Shown here: one piece after another, positions 58,866 through 64,000 of the stretch | Numbering within the stretch: the stretch's first letter is position 1 | Layout: every line of letters begins with the position of its first letter | Origin: the human T2T-CHM13v2.0 reference genome, Homo sapiens | Direction: 5' to 3' (one strand) | Length of the DNA: 64,000 bases | NCBI RefSeq assembly: GCF_009914755.1 | Contig: NC_060929.1 | Made by a program: the position numbers and the translations under genes | Notes under the pieces: model-generated | The model's input: only the letters and a program-made list of their open reading frames with translations | Told to the model about the DNA's origin: nothing | Database searches by the model: none

Positions 58866-59479
58866 AGTAGCCATACAGCAATCTATGATATCCAAACAAG
58901 ATAGATATTTAGAAAGTAAAAGAGGACTGCTCTTCAATTCTTTAGTGCTGCCTAATATTAGATTCCTGAATCAGGTAAACGTAGAGGATTTTATGGTCTC
59001 TTTCTGCTTTTAAGTCTGTCACTCTGGGAGAATGCATGTGTTTTTAAATCAATGGAAAGCCTAATTCCAAGCTTTTACATTTTCATGTGCACACATGGTA
59101 ATGGAAAGGCTGGATTCAGAGCAGTAATTTTGTTCTTTGCATAGCTTTGGGATGGGAAGCAAATATTTCTTCACTGTTTTCTCAAGTGTGATGGTGCAAT
59201 ACATTAGGTCATCTGCGTGAAATAAAAGGTTGAGTCCTTTCTGTCATAATATGAAGGGTTAGATAAGGTAAAAGGGTTGTAAGGTAAATTATTTATGAAA
59301 CTAACCACATGCAGAAGAAAGGGTCAGATACATGGCATTTGGGCAAGCGATTATAGGCATTTTAATATGAAAATCATCAGATGGATGGATGTGAGTTTTA
59401 TACATAATTATGGGGGATTTTTAAAAAAGTGTTGGTTAACTAAAATTTATGTATTTTATGAAATTTTGGAGAATAGAGG

Positions 59480-59750
59480 AGGACTTTTCTAGTCCAACCT
59501 CTTGTCTAGTGCTCTATTCCTTAAACAATAGGCCTGCCAGGTAATCAATGGGACTGTACTTACATACCCTTAGTGATGGGATGCTCTATGTTTTAACAAA
59601 TCTGATAATAAGAAAGTTTGTGTTATGTTTGAGCTTAAGTCTTGCCATGTAGCTTTTACCTGTTTATATTCACATTGCTCTCTAGAGTACCTGGAATAAG
59701 TTTGAGGACTTGTCCACAAAAAGGCTGCAGAGGACAGCTCTTATGTACCT
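59480..59750 (-). mobile_element. L3/CR1 LINE fragment
   Basis: 'tctagtccaacctc...tagtgatgggatgctc...agaaagtttgtgttatgtttgagc...ctctagagtacctggaataagttt' resembles antisense L3. Confidence 0.55.
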
Positions 59751-59984
59751 TCAGAATTGTGTTTATTTATTTGTCAACAAATCTCTTTATGTGCCAGATA
59801 TAATAAAAGAATTTTAAAGACATAATAACATCTCCATGGCCTTTGCCATGTATCTTCAATGCTTCTGTGGTATCTGGCACATACTAGGCATTCAGCAGAT
59901 ATTATTGAATGAGTGGCGAAGGCCATGATTCTTGACTAGAGATGCTCAGTCTCACTGGGGCAATCAGACATAGAAAGAGTTGAA

Positions 59985-60830
59985 TGATAAGGAAAAGACA
60001 ACAAATCCATTACAAAATGAGCAAATAATATCAACAGGAAATTAATGGAAGATGAAAACCATATAGCCAAAAACATCTGATATAATGCTTAATCTCATTA
60101 GTAATCATGGAAATGTAAATTAAAATGACACTGAGATACCATTTCACAGCTATGCAATTGGCAAAAATTGAAAAGTCTGACAATATCAAGTGTTGGTAAG
60201 AATGTGGAACAATTAGAACAATAATACACTGGGGTGGGTGGATAACTGATAAATCAGTTTGGAGAGCCATTTGACAATATGTTGTAAAATTTAAAAGTAC
60301 AGAACCTGTGACTCAGCAATTCCATCTCTGGGTATATGCCTTAGAGAAATTATTCCACATATGCAGAAAGAGGCATGTACAAGAAGTTCATTGAAGCATT
60401 GTTTTAGCAGCAAAGAACTGTAAAAATCTAAATGTCCATCAATGAAAGAATGGATAAACAAATTGTATTATATTCATCAAAGCAATATTTTTACAGCAAT
60501 GATATTGAGTGAACTAAATCAAATGTGAATAATTCTCAAACATCAGAATTAAATTTAAAAAAGCAAGTTGAAGAGGGCCAAGTTACAGTATGATACCATT
60601 TGCACAAAATTTTAAAACCACTTAAGCAATATTATGAAAATAACCATACAAAGTAAAAATATGTATGGGAATGATAGATGTCAGACTCAGGATACTATGT
60701 AATTGCTTACTGGGCCAGGGTAAGGAAATGTAATTGAGCAGGAATATATAAGAGGCTCCAACTGGATTTGTGATGTTTTATTTTTTAGCCATGTATGGTT
60801 GTATAGGTACACATATGACAATTTTTTATA
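59985..60830 (+). mobile_element. L1ME-type 3' region
   Basis: 'ttggcaaaaattgaaaagtctgacaatatcaagtgttgg', 'tgactcagcaattccatctctgggtatatgcc', 'ctaaatgtccatcaatgaaagaatggataaac'. Confidence 0.88.
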
Positions 60831-60949
60831 GTAATGAACCTTCTACAGCCAGGCTTGTATCTAAACGTTAGCTGATTCGATCAGGAGTGGGTGGACATCT
60901 GATAAATCTAGACCAATCCTATTCTTTTTCATGTATGTGAAATATTTTC

Positions 60950-61447
60950 TTTTTCCCAAAAGGGAAAGGCAATAGTGCCAATTGTGGCAGACAATGCCCT
61001 TTAGCTGAAATATTGCAATTATTGTTCTTCCTTGCCATCTTCTGCCCAATACTCATCTTTCTAGCCTCAGCTGCAGTTGATGGTGTACTTGAGACACAGT
61101 TCTATGAATGAGATATAAGCAAAAGTCTTTTGGAATTTTTTCAGAGAAAGTTTTTGTATTTCTGATAATATGAACAAATCAAGCTAGTAACAATCTTCCT
61201 CTTCTTTTTCCTGCTTTGAACATTGATGAGATATCTGGAGCTCTGACAGTTATCTTGCAACCATGAGGTCAAGAAAAGGTCAAGAGAATCACAGAGATGA
61301 CAGCCTTAACATCACTGGACCACTCACTCAGTGCCAGAAACTACCTGCCTCTAGACACCTTGCTATGTAAACACGAATAAATACATTTTCAACTGTTTAA
61401 GACCGTCTGGATTAGAGTTTTTTAAAAAAGGCTTTTGAACTGATACA
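60950..61447 (+). mobile_element. MLT1J/K-type LTR
   Basis: 'tgagacacagttctatgaatgagatataagc', 'ctggagctctgacagttatcttgcaaccatgagg', 'ctacctgcctctagacaccttg...tgtttaagacc'. Confidence 0.75.
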
Positions 61448-63908
61448 ATGGCATGTTGTAAAGAGAGATTAAGTTCCACCACCTGTTCCAGTTTGCCAAT
61501 ATTCCTGTTAATGAGGCACCTCAGATCGAAGGCTCTATTCCAGGAGAATCAGATTTTTATCAAATGGAGGGAGGCTGTCATTTTTTCTCATTTTAATGTA
61601 TACATGTATATTATTATGTCCCAAGATCAAGCTTGCTCATTTGGTAGCCTTATAACACTGGTGAGTCATCTTAAACTTACTGCCAACTCAGGCCCCAGCA
61701 TCCTTGACTAGCAGTTTGGTATTTATAAGGCAGTGTTCCTGACAGTAAGTAGAAAGTATAATCCATGACTGGTAAGCAGAGGCTCATACAGGCTAAAGTA
61801 CTTTCCCCAAAGCCATGCAAGTCACAGAATTCCTTTGACCCTTCTTTCCCCTAAGAACTTCTCTTCAGTCTGCCCCCGTGGGCTCCCATGCACCCATGTT
61901 TGCATTCTTGGTCCTACCTGATTGGTTCAAGTGTGGATACCTGACTGAAGCTGTACTAGTCCTGTTGTCTCTCTGCAGTGATTTCAAGATTGGAAAATCA
62001 TTCCGATTTTTAAAGAATTCATTGCAATGGATGTGGAATGAGACTCAAAGTCCCAACATTATTTCAGAAACCTGTTAATCTTGAAGAGCAGGTATATGTA
62101 GGTCATTAGAGATAACAGTCAAAAATGTCTCCTGCTGAAATTGGTGTGTCCCCCTCATACTGTGTTGCCACCTTACCTGACTCATCCTGCTCAATACTAC
62201 TGTGGATTAGGTGCTCTATGCCTTTTAGTTTCTGTCTCTCCACATTCAACCTAATATACTTCTTCCTAGGAAGAAGTGTGTGCTACCACATTATATTATG
62301 GAGTAAGAAAGTAAACATTTTTTTCCAAGTAATACATGCTTATGTCTATGTATCTGTCTCCTTATAGTAAAATCTACAAAAAGAAGGCAACAGAAATAAA
62401 ACATTGTTAATTTCAATGTAAGGAAAGATTTAAGACACAAATTGACTGCAAGCTGTTAGGGACTGATTGTACCTTTGCTCCTGTGGATACTGGGAATTTT
62501 AAGGCAGTTTTCATAAATGAGAGAATTCAAGCATTAGAAAGATTTTAGGGAAGGGTCTCTGAAAAAAAAGGATAGCATCTAAAGGTTGGCCTTCTCTATA
62601 TTTGCATGGGGTTAGCCTTGAGCATTTTGGTTTACGCAATAACTTGGGTGGATCTTGTACTTTCATTCCTGAAGAGTGCAGTGAACTTTTTTTTCTGAGA
62701 CAGCCTACAGTTGAGTGACATGTTTTAGATTACCAGAGCCCTCAAATTTCAATTTTAACTAGCTGGAATGAGCAGACATTTTATTTTTATTGTTTGGTAT
62801 AGGAACTTTGAAGAGTAATGATTCTTCTTTGCCACCGGAGTAGTCTTTAGGAAAAACAAAATAGTTAAGGTAATTTCCATAAAGAATCCTGCTCATGGCA
62901 ACAGCCCCCATTGATAATTAGTCCCATTCAGAGAGATGGGTATGGAATTCAACTAACATCTTATTTCTCTACAGGAAATGTTTAGGTATCCCCCATGTTC
63001 TTGACTGTCACTTGGGACTAAGACTATTTTAGAATGTAAGGGGAAGATAGAAGAGATTTCTTGGAAGCAAAGAAAACAGCCTATTAGGGTCAAAACAATT
63101 ATATGAGGAGTCCCTGTGGGTTTTGCGCTAAGTAAGCATGGCCTTATAGAAAATACAGATTGAGGCAATCAGCTCCTTCCAATTTTATGCAAGCAGTAGC
63201 AATGGGAAGTATGCCAAGAGAGATGATTAAGGATTAAACAACAGCATGGGAACTTGCTCAGAAGCTCCAAAATGTTGTCGCCAGCACCTGATATTTCTAC
63301 ATCCCTAACTTCTGGATTGTGAAAGGTGGTGCCCTTCTCCCAAACTCCACCCCTTAGCCCACTTACAGCTCCAGGGAAAGTTGAGGAAGAGAAAGATTCT
63401 GTCTCTATCAAATCCTAATAGGGAGCAGAGCCAAGAGAGACAGGAAGAGGCATGCTCATTTCCAACCTTTTTTGGCAAGCTCAAGCGGGAGCAAAAGCCA
63501 TTGCCAATTCTATTTTTTAATACAGATTTAAAAAGGGTTGTGTCTACACATGCAAAGGGGAGTGCACAGTGCACTGTGTTAATTTAAGCAGCACAACAAT
63601 TTTTTTAATAAAAAGAAAGGCTGACTATTCAGATATTTGTTTTACATTTGGTAGATCCAAATTGGGGGAGGAGACCAAAGTGCAATAATTTCTCCTCTAG
63701 TTATGCGTGTGCTTTCCAGCCCTACATTTATCGCTCTTCCAGTTCCAGGCTGGGCCAGCCAGAGACCATCCCTGGGACTTTTCAGTTTGAAGTGAGGAGA
63801 GAGAAACTCTTTCCTTTTGGAGACAGAATTGAGTTGCTAGATGTAGTGGACCATGATGTGAGCGCACTTTGGTAGTCTGAGTTGGATAACTATTAGGAGA
63901 GAGCAAGA

Positions 63909-64000
63909 GGCCAGGTGCGGTGGCTCACACCTGTAATCCTAGCACTTTGGGAGGCTGAAGTGGGTGGATCACTTGAGATCAGGAGTTCGAGACTAGCCTG
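63909..64000 (+). mobile_element. Alu 5' end, cut by the window edge
   Basis: ggccaggtgcggtggctcacacctgtaatcctagcactttgggaggc. Confidence 0.95.

Overview
This window is primate (very probably human) non-coding genomic DNA, intronic or intergenic, roughly 40% GC by eye and CpG-depleted, with no CpG island. About half of it is recognisable interspersed repeat: about 22 Alu/FLAM/FRAM copies, old L1M, L2, L3 and MIR fragments, MaLR/ERVL LTRs, and hAT/Tc1-mariner DNA-transposon relics. The LTR class includes a complete two-LTR MSTC-type element with a perfect 5-bp target-site duplication (TSD). I found no credible protein-coding gene, RNA gene or CRISPR array; the supplied ORFs are Alu-derived, low-complexity or chance ORFs, and I cannot name the host locus. 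The least-explained structure is a rearrangement cluster at 55.6-57.1 kb: a ~133-bp inverted duplication of non-repeat DNA (~92% identical) carrying a strong 3' splice-site-like motif, bracketed by a 53-bp direct duplication, with snap-back hairpins at one junction. Other notable items are back-to-back perfect palindromes at an L1 truncation point, a palindromic 30-bp VNTR, three-armed Alus and deep nested insertions. I found no solid evidence of a new biological system. Subfamily names come from recalled consensus sequences, and boundaries of old repeats are approximate.
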